A stretch of 64,000 nucleotides of DNA from Planctomycetota bacterium (GCA_016719295.1 JADKAF010000002.1:98519-162518); one strand, 5' to 3'. Positions 51,666-60,435 are shown, numbered from the stretch's first letter. Made by a program: numbers and translations. Notes: a model not told the origin generated them from the sequence alone.

Positions 51666-51713
51666 AGAGGGCCCTCGGAGGCGCGGAACGATCCGCGCCT
51701 CCGAGGGCCCTCT
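51666..51713. terminator. Perfect 22-bp hairpin between convergent secDF and hflX (bidirectional terminator candidate)
   Basis: agagggccctcggaggcgcgga-acga-tccgcgcctccgagggccctct. Confidence 0.6.
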
Positions 51714-51776
51714 GCTTTCGATCCTCTCGCGATCCTCTTTCGATCCTCGGCGAGGATCCTCGGCGAGGGTCGCGCG

Positions 51777-53108
51777 CTAGCGGGGCGGGTGCTCGCTCTC
51801 GACCGGCAGCACCTCGAGACGCCCGCCGCGCAGCTCGGAGCGCAAGCGCTCGAGCTCGCGCGTGGCCAGCCGGACGCGCACATGGAAGTGCTCGCCGAGG
51901 TACTCCTCGCCCAGCTTCACGCCGACCTCGCGCAAGACGCTGAGCGCGCGGCCGTCTCCCGCATGCACGCGGAGCACGCATTCCTCCGCGTCGCGATCGA
52001 CGATCGCCCCCACCTCGGCCTCGAGCTCCTGGAGCCCCTCGCCGGTGCGCGCGGAGACCGCCACGGTCCGCGCGAAGCGGTTCCGCAGCACGGCGAGCTC
52101 GAGGCGATCGGTGACGCGGTCGATCTGGTTCAGCACGACGAGCCGCGGGATCGAGCCGAGCTCGAGCTCGCCCAGGACCTGCTCCACGGCATCGGCTTGC
52201 CGCAGCGCCTCGGGACTCCCTGCATCGATCACCTCGAGCAGGAGATCCGCGGAGCGCGCTTCCTCCAGCGTCGCGTGGAAGGAGGCGACCAAGTGGTGCG
52301 GCAGTTCGCGGACGAAGCCGACGGTATCGGAGAGCAGCACGACGCGGCCATCACCGAGGCGCCACTGGCGCGTACGTGTATCGAGCGTCGCGAAGAGCTG
52401 ATCGGCGACGTACTCCTCCGCTCCGGTCAGCCGATTGAGCAGCGTCGACTTGCCCGCGTTGGTGTAGCCGACGAGGCAGATGCGGAAGTGCCCGCGTCGC
52501 GCTTCGCCTTCGCGCTGCCGGCGCTCCTCGATCACCTGAAGCTCGGCGCGGAGGTCGCGGATCTTCTTCTGGATCAGGCGGCGGTCGGTCTCGAGCTGCG
52601 TCTCGCCCGGACCGCGCGCGCCGATCGCGCCTTCGGTTCTCTCGAGGTGCGTCCACATGCGCCGCAGCCGCGGCATCGTGTACTGGAGCTGCGCGAGCTC
52701 GACCTGCGCCTTCGCCTGACGCGTGCGCGCGCGCCGCGCGAAGATGTCGAGGATGAGCTCGCTGCGATCGACGACCCGACGCTCGAGATCGCTCTCTAGG
52801 TTGCGCACCTGCCCTGGCGAGAGGTCGCAGTCGAAGACGACGAGATCGGCGTCGAGCGCCGCGGCGAGCTCCTTCGCCTCCGCGACCTTGCCCTTGCCGA
52901 TGTAGGTGCGCGAATCGGGCTTCTCGCGGCGCTGAACGAGGCCTCCGATGGGCTCGCCCCCCGCGGCTTCGACGAGCGAGCCGATCTCGGCGAGAGGATC
53001 CGCGGTGTCGACCGAGTCCTTCTCGCTGCTCAGGATCACACCGACGAGGAGCGCGCGCTCCTTGGCGTGGGAATCGACGCCCCGAGAAGTTGAGATGCGT
53101 TCTTCCAT
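51777..53108 (-). CDS. hflX: GTPase HflX
   Basis: 443-aa ORF. It has the HflX N-domain (IGKGKVAEAKE, ELILDIFARRARTRQAKAQVELAQL) and G motifs GYTNAGKSTLLN, DTVGF and NQID. Confidence 0.92.
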   Translation of the reverse strand: MEERISTSRGVDSHAKERALLVGVILSSEKDSVDTADPLAEIGSLVEAAGGEPIGGLVQRREKPDSRTYIGKGKVAEAKELAAALDADLVVFDCDLSPGQVRNLESDLERRVVDRSELILDIFARRARTRQAKAQVELAQLQYTMPRLRRMWTHLERTEGAIGARGPGETQLETDRRLIQKKIRDLRAELQVIEERRQREGEARRGHFRICLVGYTNAGKSTLLNRLTGAEEYVADQLFATLDTRTRQWRLGDGRVVLLSDTVGFVRELPHHLVASFHATLEEARSADLLLEVIDAGSPEALRQADAVEQVLGELELGSIPRLVVLNQIDRVTDRLELAVLRNRFARTVAVSARTGEGLQELEAEVGAIVDRDAEECVLRVHAGDGRALSVLREVGVKLGEEYLGEHFHVRVRLATRELERLRSELRGGRLEVLPVESEHPPR

Positions 53109-53113
53109 GAAGT

Positions 53114-54835
53114 CTACGTGGTTCTCCCGAACGCGCTCGCGAGCGCGGCAGCCGGCGCGACGCGATGGATCGCGAGGCCGAGGATCGATGCGTCTTCACC
53201 GGCCGGAGCGCTCGCGCGCATCTCGACGTGATACGGAGCAGGCGCGAGCTGCGGAAAGTCGCTGCGCGCATGCACGCCGCGGGACTCTTCGCGCTCCATC
53301 GCGCCGTGCGCGACCAGCGCCGCGGCGGTGAGCACGTTGGCGACTTCGACCGCGCGCGAGGGCTCCACGGGGGTGCGGAAGAAGTAGCGCGCCCAAAAGG
53401 CGAGGCGCTGACACGCCTCGACCATCAACTCGGGCTCGCGCTCGATGCCGACGTTGCGCCACATCAGCGACTTCAAGGAGTAGAGCATGTCGTCGAGGTG
53501 GAACTCCACGCGCTCGTCTCCGGGCCAGATGAGCGGTCCGCTCGACCGCTCGCGCGCCTCGATCGGACGCCCGGTGACTTGATCCGCCGCGTGGCGACCC
53601 GCGGAGGAGCCCAGCACCAGGCCCTCGAGCAGCGAATTAGAGCCCAGGCGATTCGCGCCGTGCAGACCGCACGAGGCGACCTCGCCGCACGCGTAGAGCC
53701 GCGCCACGGACGTGCGCCCGAGCAGGTCGACCTTGACGCCACCCACCATGTAGTGCGCGCCGGGACGCACCGGAATCGGATCCTTGCGGATGTCGATGTC
53801 GAAGTAGCCGCACACGCGCGCGATTCCCGGGAACTGCTCCCGGACGTCGCCGGGCAATCCGCTGAGGTCGAGATAGACGCTCGTGTCCCGCGTCTCGACC
53901 ATGCGCCGAAAGATCGCGCGCGAGACGACATCGCGTGGCGAGAGCTCCCCTTCCGGCAGGTCATTCTCGAGGAAACGCACGCCGTCGCGGTCGATCAGCC
54001 GCGCGCCCGCGCCGCGCACGATCTCGGAGATCAGCACGCGGGCCGCACCGGCGATGTAGAGCAGCGTCGGATGGAACTGCACGAGCTCGGGATCGCGCAC
54101 GATCGCGCCAGCGCGTAGCGCCATCGCGAGCCCGTCGCCCGTGGCGGACGGAGGGTTCGTCGTCTCGCGGTAGATCTGACCTCCGCCGCCCGTCGCGAGG
54201 ATCGTCGCCTCGGCGAGGAAGGAGACCCAGCCGTGCTGCTGCGACCAGGCGAGGACTCCTTGGGCCGCGCCGCTCTCGTCCGTGAGCACGTCGACGGCCT
54301 GCACGCCTTCGAAGCAGGTGATGCGCGGATGCGCGATCAAGCGCTCCTTCAGCACTCGCTGCACTTCGCGCCCCGTGCGATCGCCGAGCGCGTGGATGAC
54401 GCGTGCATGGCTGTGCCCGCCTTCTCGCGAGAGCTCGAGGCCCGTCTCACCGGCATCGAAGCGCGCGCCCCAATGCAAGAGCTGCTCGATCGCGCCGCGT
54501 CCGCCGCTCACCACCGCGCGCACCGCTGTGGGATCGCAGAGCCCCCCACCGACGGTGAGCGTGTCGGAGATGTGCGCATCGAGCGAGTCCGCGTCCGACC
54601 ACACGGCGGCGATGCCGCCGCGGGCCCACGAGGTCGCGGTGAGCTCGAGCTTCTCTTTCGCCAGAACGACGACATCGCGTGACGCGGCCGCGGCGAGCGC
54701 GGCGCTCGCGCCGGCGACGCCGCTGCCGATGACCAGCACATCGCAGCGATAGCTCGGCAACCGTCGGAGATCGAAGCCGACCAGGTGTCGGGGAAGAGAG
54801 ACCGGCGCTCCGAGGCCGAGGTGGGGTTCGCTCAT
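53114..54835 (-). CDS. nadB: L-aspartate oxidase
   Basis: Start trimmed to ATG 54835 (MSEPHLG). FAD motif DVLVIGSGVAGASAA, the NadB-type ARGGIAAV...DSLDAHISDTL, and a C-terminal ESRGVHARSDFP are present. Confidence 0.85.
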   Translation of the reverse strand: MSEPHLGLGAPVSLPRHLVGFDLRRLPSYRCDVLVIGSGVAGASAALAAAASRDVVVLAKEKLELTATSWARGGIAAVWSDADSLDAHISDTLTVGGGLCDPTAVRAVVSGGRGAIEQLLHWGARFDAGETGLELSREGGHSHARVIHALGDRTGREVQRVLKERLIAHPRITCFEGVQAVDVLTDESGAAQGVLAWSQQHGWVSFLAEATILATGGGGQIYRETTNPPSATGDGLAMALRAGAIVRDPELVQFHPTLLYIAGAARVLISEIVRGAGARLIDRDGVRFLENDLPEGELSPRDVVSRAIFRRMVETRDTSVYLDLSGLPGDVREQFPGIARVCGYFDIDIRKDPIPVRPGAHYMVGGVKVDLLGRTSVARLYACGEVASCGLHGANRLGSNSLLEGLVLGSSAGRHAADQVTGRPIEARERSSGPLIWPGDERVEFHLDDMLYSLKSLMWRNVGIEREPELMVEACQRLAFWARYFFRTPVEPSRAVEVANVLTAAALVAHGAMEREESRGVHARSDFPQLAPAPYHVEMRASAPAGEDASILGLAIHRVAPAAALASAFGRTT

Positions 54836-54988
54836 GCGGTGCGGCGAGGAAGGTTGCTGCAGCCCGGGGAAAGGGGCGCGGATTCTACTCGGGTTCGCCG
54901 GGAGCACTCGCGGGTCGCTCGCCAGGGGAAGCGGCGCGTGCCCCCCCCACGCTAGGGGCAGGCCCCCCAACAAGCCCTAACAAAAGCC

Positions 54989-55017
54989 TTGCTCGGTAAG
55001 GGTCCTGTTCGTACCCT
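54989..55017 (+). promoter_or_regulatory. Candidate plus-strand promoter in the nadB-lexA intergenic region
   Basis: TTGCTC-N17-TACCCT within a relatively A/T-richer patch. Confidence 0.25.
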
Positions 55018-55023
55018 CCTGCT

Positions 55024-55310
55024 CGTTCGCCTTCCGTAAGGCTACGGCGGCTGCTCGCGCAGTCGCTCGGCCCGGCGTGAGGCGGATGCGCTCGCGCCGC
55101 TCCCCCGACGGGGAGCGGAGCGGTGGGAAGGCTGTGCGGCTCGAGCCGAGCTCGGTGCCGGCACAGCTCGATGTGACGGAAGGCGGCGCGAGTGCGAGCT
55201 GCGCGCCGCAGTCCTTCGGGCCCGCCGACGGGCCCCGCCAACTGGCCCCGCCGACGGGTCCCGCCGACGGGGCCCGGGCCCTTCCAGAGGCCCTTTTCAA
55301 AGGGCCTTTT
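55024..55310 (+). ncRNA. Candidate structured small RNA (promoter-like element to intrinsic terminator)
   Basis: Bounded by the 54989 promoter-like element and the 55288 terminator. The interior is packed with hairpins: cgctcccc-gac-ggggagcg at 55095, gctgtgc...gcacagc at 55130/55161, and three cccg-ccga-cggg units. No convincing ORF. Confidence 0.2.
55288..55310 (+). terminator. Intrinsic terminator (plus-strand orientation)
   Basis: aggcccttt-tc-aaagggcct followed by ttt(c). A U-tract is present only in the plus orientation. Confidence 0.5.
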
Positions 55311-55343
55311 CGACGGGTCGAGCCAGCGGGACGGCGGGCCCGA

Positions 55344-55856
55344 TCACCTCCCACGCGCGAGCAGCAAGACCCTCTTCCGGCGAGCACAGGAGCTCGCCGC
55401 TCGAGCCTGAACTTCGGATGAACTTCGGAGGAGATCCATGGCGAGCGCAGTGCTGACTTCGGTTCCGGGACTCCGGGATCCGCTGCTGAGTTTCCGGCCT
55501 CGCACCACCTCGCGGAGCGGTCCCGCTTCCGTGCTCTCGCGCCGCGCGCCCAGCGTCACGCACGCAGGGAGCGCCGGCGCTGTGAGCTTCGTCGCGTCCA
55601 GCGCCACCACCTGCCGACCGGCGCGACGAGAGGCCTCGGCGTCGGCGCAGCTCGCCGGGATCTCCTCCTCTTCTCCTTCTGTGGCGTCTGCGGCTTCCTT
55701 GGCGTCTGCGGCTTCCTTGGCGTCTGGGGCTTCCGCGGCGTCTGGGGCAGCCGCGGCGTCTGGGGCAGCCGCATCTTCGGACACCGCGAGAGCGCTGATC
55801 GGGGGTCCGCACGCGGCGAGCACGCGCGAGACCTTCGCGCTGGTCGCCGCGCTCAT
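55344..55856 (-). CDS. Hypothetical acidic repeat lipoprotein (uncertain; antisense to the ORF below)
   Basis: GGAGGAG lies 10 nt upstream of ATG 55856. The N-terminus MSAATSAKVSRVLAAC is lipobox-like. It carries APDAA/EAADAK repeats from the 18-nt array. Confidence 0.3.
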   Translation of the reverse strand: MSAATSAKVSRVLAACGPPISALAVSEDAAAPDAAAAPDAAEAPDAKEAADAKEAADATEGEEEEIPASCADAEASRRAGRQVVALDATKLTAPALPACVTLGARRESTEAGPLREVVRGRKLSSGSRSPGTEVSTALAMDLLRSSSEVQARAASSCARRKRVLLLARGR

Positions 55857-55878
55857 CGTGCTGGGGCTCCTCCTGTGA
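55438..55878 (+). CDS. Hypothetical Ser/Ala-rich protein with a C-terminal hydrophobic anchor (uncertain; antisense to the ORF above)
   Basis: GGAGGAG lies 4 nt upstream of ATG 55438. It has ASAASL repeats and ends ...TFALVAALIVLGLLL. Confidence 0.25.
   Translation: MASAVLTSVPGLRDPLLSFRPRTTSRSGPASVLSRRAPSVTHAGSAGAVSFVASSATTCRPARREASASAQLAGISSSSPSVASAASLASAASLASGASAASGAAAASGAAASSDTARALIGGPHAASTRETFALVAALIVLGLLL
55683..55772. repeat. 18-nt x5 tandem repeat
   Basis: ggcgtctgcggcttcctt x2, ggcgtctggggcttccgc, ggcgtctggggcagccgc x2. The units start at 55683, 55701, 55719, 55737 and 55755. Confidence 0.9.
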
Positions 55879-55927
55879 GCTGCGCCCCCTCGGCACGCGG
55901 CAGATGGTCGTTCGGCGCGCGACGGGA

Positions 55928-56008
55928 ATCCGGCGCGTTCGACGCGCGACTGGCATCCGGCGCGTTCGACGCGCTACTGGCCTCCAGCGCGTTCGTCGCT
56001 ATGCTGCT
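55928..56008. repeat. 27-nt tandem repeat (2 good copies plus degenerate flanks) upstream of lexA
   Basis: atccggcgcgttcgacgcgcgactggc / atccggcgcgttcgacgcgctactggc / ctccagcgcgttcgtcgc..., with a partial copy from about 55906. Confidence 0.85.
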
Positions 56009-56212
56009 GCACCCGCCTCGGCGTTCCGCGCTGCGCTCGCAGCGCCCTGGATCGTTGCGCTTCCGTCCAGCGCCACGCGCCAGATGCCGCGGCGGGTCGC
56101 TCCTTTTTCCCAGTCTGGGTTGTGCCCCCGATCCTGCGCTTCGCGCGAGCTTCCCTCCGCCACCTGGGAAGCAGCGCGCGCTCCGCGGACTGCCCGCCGA
56201 GGAGGAGATGCG

Positions 56213-56884
56213 ATGAACGATCTGCGCCTGACACCGAAGCAACTGAGCATCCTGCGTTTCATCCAGGACTATTGCGACGAGCGCGGCATGGCCCCGACGC
56301 TCGACGAGATCGCCGAGCACTGCGGCGTGAACAAGGTGACCATCCACGGTCACCTCGTCGAACTCCAGAAGAAGGGCGCGGTGCAGCGCGAGCCGCGCAT
56401 GGCCCGCTCGATCCGCGTCGTCCAGGCTCCGCCCGAGGCGAAGCGGCAGCGCAACGCGGACGCGCGCGCCAGCGATCCGAGCTCGGGGAACGCGCGCAGG
56501 GAAGCTTCGCGGACCCTGGTTCCGATCGCCGGCGCCATCGCCGCGGGCCAGCCGATCGAGGCGCTCGAGCGCGAGGAGATGTTCGACCTGAGCGAGCTGC
56601 TACCCGAAGGCCGGGACATGTATCTGCTCGAGGTGCAGGGCGACTCGATGATCGAGGACCAGATCAAGGACGGCGACCTCGTCTTGGTGGAGCGGCGCAA
56701 CACGGCGCGGAACGGCGAGATCGTCGTCGCCGTGGTCGAGGGCAATGAAGCCACCCTGAAGCGCTTCTACCGCGAGAAGGACCGCGTCCGGCTCCAGCCG
56801 TCGAACGCAAAGCTCCAGCCGATCTATGCCGACCACGTGGAGATCCGCGGCGTGGTGAGCGCGGTGATCCGGCGTATCCAGTAG
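56213..56884 (+). CDS. lexA: LexA repressor
   Basis: ATG 56213 follows GGAGGAG. It has a winged-helix N-domain (LTPKQLSILRFIQDY...LDEIAEHCGV) and an A-G cleavage site (PIAGAIAAGQPIEA). The S24 peptidase Ser (VQGDSM) and Lys (EATLKRF) are present. Confidence 0.9.
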   Translation: MNDLRLTPKQLSILRFIQDYCDERGMAPTLDEIAEHCGVNKVTIHGHLVELQKKGAVQREPRMARSIRVVQAPPEAKRQRNADARASDPSSGNARREASRTLVPIAGAIAAGQPIEALEREEMFDLSELLPEGRDMYLLEVQGDSMIEDQIKDGDLVLVERRNTARNGEIVVAVVEGNEATLKRFYREKDRVRLQPSNAKLQPIYADHVEIRGVVSAVIRRIQ

Positions 56885-56944
56885 CTGCGGGCGCGGAGCG
56901 CGATGCGAGCTGGGCGCGGTGCAAACCGAGAGCGAATCGCGAAC

Positions 56945-56989
56945 GCAGCGAGCCTCTCTTCCGCGGGACGCGGAAGAGAGGCTCGCTGC
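56945..56989. terminator. Perfect 21-bp hairpin between convergent lexA and speA (bidirectional terminator candidate)
   Basis: gcagcgagcctctcttccgcg-gga-cgcggaagagaggctcgctgc. Confidence 0.6.
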
Positions 56990-57021
56990 ATTCCAAGCCG
57001 TCGAGAGCGCTCGACAGTCGG

Positions 57022-58947
57022 CTAGGACTCGAGGTAGGTGTAGCCCGAGAGCCCTTCTTCGTAGCGGCGGAGCAGACGCCCCCATTCCTCGGGCGTGATC
57101 CGGTCTTCGTCGAGCGCCTCTTCCGCCGCGCTGCGCATGCGCTGCTTCAGCTCGGAGCAGTCGAACTGCACGTAGCCGAGCACCTCGTCGACGCGATCGC
57201 CCTCGACGAGGTGGTGGACGCGATAGCGACCGCGCGCATCGACGTCGACGTGCACGGCGTTCGTATCGCCGAAGAGATTGTGGAGGTCTCCGAGGATCTC
57301 CTGATAGGCGCCGACGAGGAAGATGCCGAGCAGGTAGTCCTCGCCGTTCGTCTCGTGGAGGTCGAGATAGGGCTTCACATCGCGCAGGTCGACGAAGCGC
57401 TCCATCTTGCCGTCGCTGTCACAAGTGATGTCGGCGAGCACTCCGCGGCGGGAGGGTTTCTCCTCCAAGCGATGGATCGGCAGCACGGGGAAGAGGTGCT
57501 GGATCGCCCAGTGGTCCGGCAGCGACTGGAAGACGCTGAAGTTGCAGAAGTAGGTATCGCGCAGGATCTTCTCGAGATCGGTGAGCTCTTCCGGGACGTA
57601 GGTGAGCTCGCGCATGTGCTTCAGGATGCGGTGGCAAGCGCTCCAGTAGATCTCCTCGGCGCGAGCACGGCCCCGAAGATCGATGAGGCCGACGTTGAAG
57701 CGCGTCAGGATCTCCTCGCGGAGCTGGGTGAGATCGTGGAACGCCTCCTGGACGTTCTTCGGCGAGATGCCGGCCGCGATCTCGATCAGCTCCTGTACCG
57801 GCTCACTGTCGCCCTCGGGTGGTGCCGCGCTCTCGCCATTGCCCGGGCGTCGCGAGGTAGGCATGCCCATCGTCCCGACGCCGAGCACGTTCACGACCAG
57901 CACGGCGTGATGCGCGACGAGCGCACGCCCCGACTCGGTGACGATGTCGGGATGCGGGACCTCGTTCTCTTCGCACGCCTGGAGCATCATCCAGACGATG
58001 TCGTTGGCGTACTCCTGAAGCGTGTAGTTCATCGAGGAGTCGAACGAGGTGCGGGAGCCGTCGTAGTCGACTCCCAGGCCCCCGCCGACATCCAGGATGC
58101 GCACGGGCGCGCCCATGCGGTGCAGCTCGACGTAGAGCCGCGCAGCTTCTTTCAGCGCGCGCTTGAAGCTCGTGATCTGGGTGATCTGCGAGCCCAGATG
58201 GAAGTGCAGGAGCTCCAGGCAATCGAGCTTGTCACGCCGACGGAGCTCCTCCACGAGATCCACGATCTCGGAAGCGCCGAGACCGAACTTCGAACGATCG
58301 CCGCCCGAGGCTTCCCACTTGCCGGATCCGCGGGCCGCGAGCTTCGCGCGAACGCCGATGCGAGGGCGGATGCCGAGGCGCTGCGATACGTCGAGGATCA
58401 GCAGCAGCTCGCTGAACTTCTCGACGACCAGGATCGGGTTGCGGCCGAGACGCGTGGCGAGCAACGCGATCTCGATGTAGGCGACGTCCTTGTAGCCGTT
58501 GCAGATCAGCAGCGCTTGCGGATCGTCGAGGATCGGGATCACCGCGAGCAGCTCGGGCTTGCTCCCGACCTCGAGCCCCATGCCGTACTTCTTGCCCTCA
58601 TCGACGAGGGTCTGCACGACTTGGCGCTGCTGGTTCACCTTCACGGGATAGACGCCGCGATAGCGGCCCTTGTACCCGTGCTCGCGAATGGCTTCGTTGA
58701 ACGTGGTCGCGATCTCGCGCACTCGCCGCCTCAAGATGGCGTCGAAGCGGATCAGCACCGGCAGCGCGATGCCCCGCAAGCGCAGGGTATCGACGAGCTC
58801 TTTCAAGTCGATGGCCGGGCTCTCCCCCGGGCCAGTGCCGTCCGGGGTCACCTCGAGGTGCCCCGCGCCGTTCGCGCGGAAGTACCCCTTGCCCCAGTGA
58901 TCGATGCCGTAGAGGTCTATGCTCTCTTGGGTGGTCCAGGCGCTCAA
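57022..58947 (-). CDS. speA: Biosynthetic arginine decarboxylase
   Basis: 641-aa ORF with the SpeA-type N-terminus (ESIDLYGIDHWGKGYF), the PLP-lysine region GVYPVKVNQQRQVV, and the full-length fold-type III pattern. Confidence 0.9.
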   Translation of the reverse strand: MSAWTTQESIDLYGIDHWGKGYFRANGAGHLEVTPDGTGPGESPAIDLKELVDTLRLRGIALPVLIRFDAILRRRVREIATTFNEAIREHGYKGRYRGVYPVKVNQQRQVVQTLVDEGKKYGMGLEVGSKPELLAVIPILDDPQALLICNGYKDVAYIEIALLATRLGRNPILVVEKFSELLLILDVSQRLGIRPRIGVRAKLAARGSGKWEASGGDRSKFGLGASEIVDLVEELRRRDKLDCLELLHFHLGSQITQITSFKRALKEAARLYVELHRMGAPVRILDVGGGLGVDYDGSRTSFDSSMNYTLQEYANDIVWMMLQACEENEVPHPDIVTESGRALVAHHAVLVVNVLGVGTMGMPTSRRPGNGESAAPPEGDSEPVQELIEIAAGISPKNVQEAFHDLTQLREEILTRFNVGLIDLRGRARAEEIYWSACHRILKHMRELTYVPEELTDLEKILRDTYFCNFSVFQSLPDHWAIQHLFPVLPIHRLEEKPSRRGVLADITCDSDGKMERFVDLRDVKPYLDLHETNGEDYLLGIFLVGAYQEILGDLHNLFGDTNAVHVDVDARGRYRVHHLVEGDRVDEVLGYVQFDCSELKQRMRSAAEEALDEDRITPEEWGRLLRRYEEGLSGYTYLES

Positions 58948-59021
58948 TGTCGCTCGACGATCTGCGCGGCCCGCCCCCGCCTGCCCGTGTCACCGGTCAG
59001 GTACGGTCCGCGGCCGCTCGG

Positions 59022-60332
59022 TCAGTGGATCGTGACCTGGGTCCCCTTCGGAGCCACCCAGGCCATCAGCTCGACGATGGCCGCATTGTACAGACGAACG
59101 CAACCTTCCGAAGCCTCTTCACCGATCGAGCCCTCGTCGTTCGTCCCGTGGATGCCGTAGCCCGTCGCCTTGGGCTGATCGAGGAACCCGAGCCAGCCTT
59201 CGCCGAGCGGGTTCTGAGGATCGGCATAGGCGACTGGACCACGCGGCCCGTGCCAGACGGGACGCTCGATCTTCTCGCCGATCTCGAAGCTGCCGACGGG
59301 TGTCGGCTTGTCCGTCCGCCCGATCGCGCAGCCGTGAACGCGGACCAGGTACTCGCCGCAGTAGACGAGCACCAGGCGCGAGCCGCGGTAGACCTGGATC
59401 GCGAGATCGCCGGCGGGAACCACCAGCTCGCGCCCGGCCTGCACGCGGCCCGGGTCCGCGATGCCGTTCACCCAGGCGAGGAAGTGCGCATCGAAGCGCC
59501 CCGCCTGGTTCTCCTTGCGGAGGCGCGTGACGAGGCGCACCAGCGGCTCACCGGCGCCGACCTTCGCGCGATTCGTCCAGACCGTCGAGCGCCGATCGAA
59601 GAGCACTGCCTTCTCGGCCTTCTCCAGGCTGGAGGCGAGGCCGCGGACGCGCGCGAAAGCAGGCTGGCCTTGCAAGCTGCGGGCGACCTGCTCGATCGCC
59701 GCCTGAGCGAGACGAACGCCCTCGACTCCAGCGCTGTCCGCGACGCAGCGGTCGACGAGGTCCTGGAGGAAGAGCCGCCCCGAGGGGCTGTTCGCGAGAT
59801 CCCCGAGACGCGCGCGCGCTTGGTCGAGCGCAGAGAGCCGCGTCAGGCCACCTTCGCGGAGATCGCAGTGGAGCTTCAGGGCCTCGCCCTCGATCCTCCA
59901 GCTCGCGGGCTCTCCTTCGGCGGCCGCGCGAGCGGCGGCATCGCGCGCGGTGGCGAAGTCGCCGCTCTCGAGCGCTGCGGCAGCGAGGAAGACGCGGCTG
60001 CCGGGGAGACCGACTCCGCGCCCGACCAGCGGAGCGAGGAGGCGCGCCGCCTCGGCGTGCTTGCCCTGGCGGTAGACGGCGAGCGCGGCATCGAGCTCGG
60101 CGGAGCGCGGCTCTTCGGTCGGCTTGCTTAGAGGCTCGCTACCGCCCGGCGTCAGCTCAGGCGTCACGCTGCTCAGGATCGGCATCACCGACTCCGGATC
60201 CGAGCCCTCGGAGCCCTGACCGCCGGCAGCACCAGCGCCGCTATCCGCCCCAGCTTCGGGCGCGGGCATCCACAGGCGCAACCCGCAGATCACCGCCGCC
60301 ACCAACGTCGCCGCCACCACCCAGTTCTTCAT
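59022..60332 (-). CDS. L,D-transpeptidase (YkuD domain) with a LysM-like segment and an N-terminal membrane anchor
   Basis: Start trimmed to ATG 60332 (MKNWVVAATLVAAVICGL). The C-terminal catalytic motif is YGIHGTN...SEGCVRL. There is a LysM-like WVNGIADPGRVQAGRELVVP. Confidence 0.85.
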   Translation of the reverse strand: MKNWVVAATLVAAVICGLRLWMPAPEAGADSGAGAAGGQGSEGSDPESVMPILSSVTPELTPGGSEPLSKPTEEPRSAELDAALAVYRQGKHAEAARLLAPLVGRGVGLPGSRVFLAAAALESGDFATARDAAARAAAEGEPASWRIEGEALKLHCDLREGGLTRLSALDQARARLGDLANSPSGRLFLQDLVDRCVADSAGVEGVRLAQAAIEQVARSLQGQPAFARVRGLASSLEKAEKAVLFDRRSTVWTNRAKVGAGEPLVRLVTRLRKENQAGRFDAHFLAWVNGIADPGRVQAGRELVVPAGDLAIQVYRGSRLVLVYCGEYLVRVHGCAIGRTDKPTPVGSFEIGEKIERPVWHGPRGPVAYADPQNPLGEGWLGFLDQPKATGYGIHGTNDEGSIGEEASEGCVRLYNAAIVELMAWVAPKGTQVTIH

Positions 60333-60406
60333 CGCCGCGCCCTCGACCACCACCGCATCGCGGATCGCGGCCTGCCGTTCGGGCGGCGCGCTCCGTCGAG
60401 GCGCGG

Positions 60407-60435
60407 ATGGTAGCTCAGCGCGAACGCAGCAACAA
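60407..60435 (-). promoter_or_regulatory. Candidate promoter of the L,D-transpeptidase gene
   Basis: The minus strand reads TTGTTG-N17-TACCAT, about 70 nt upstream of the ATG. Confidence 0.3.

Noticed and set aside
49201-51981. 926-aa minus-strand ORF
   Set aside because: It is antisense to secDF and low-complexity Arg/Ala/Glu-rich. The plus-strand SecDF reading is unambiguous.
55160-55190. SRP (4.5S) RNA-like sequence gatgtgacggaaggcggcgcgag
   Set aside because: It resembles CCGGAAGGAAGCAGC only loosely. The conserved AGCA symmetric-loop motif and the matching 3' strand are missing.
60400-60430. tRNA D-arm-like string ggatggtagctcagcgcg
   Set aside because: No closing GAGC, anticodon arm or T-loop follows. 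It is better explained as containing the -10 (TACCAT) of a minus-strand promoter.
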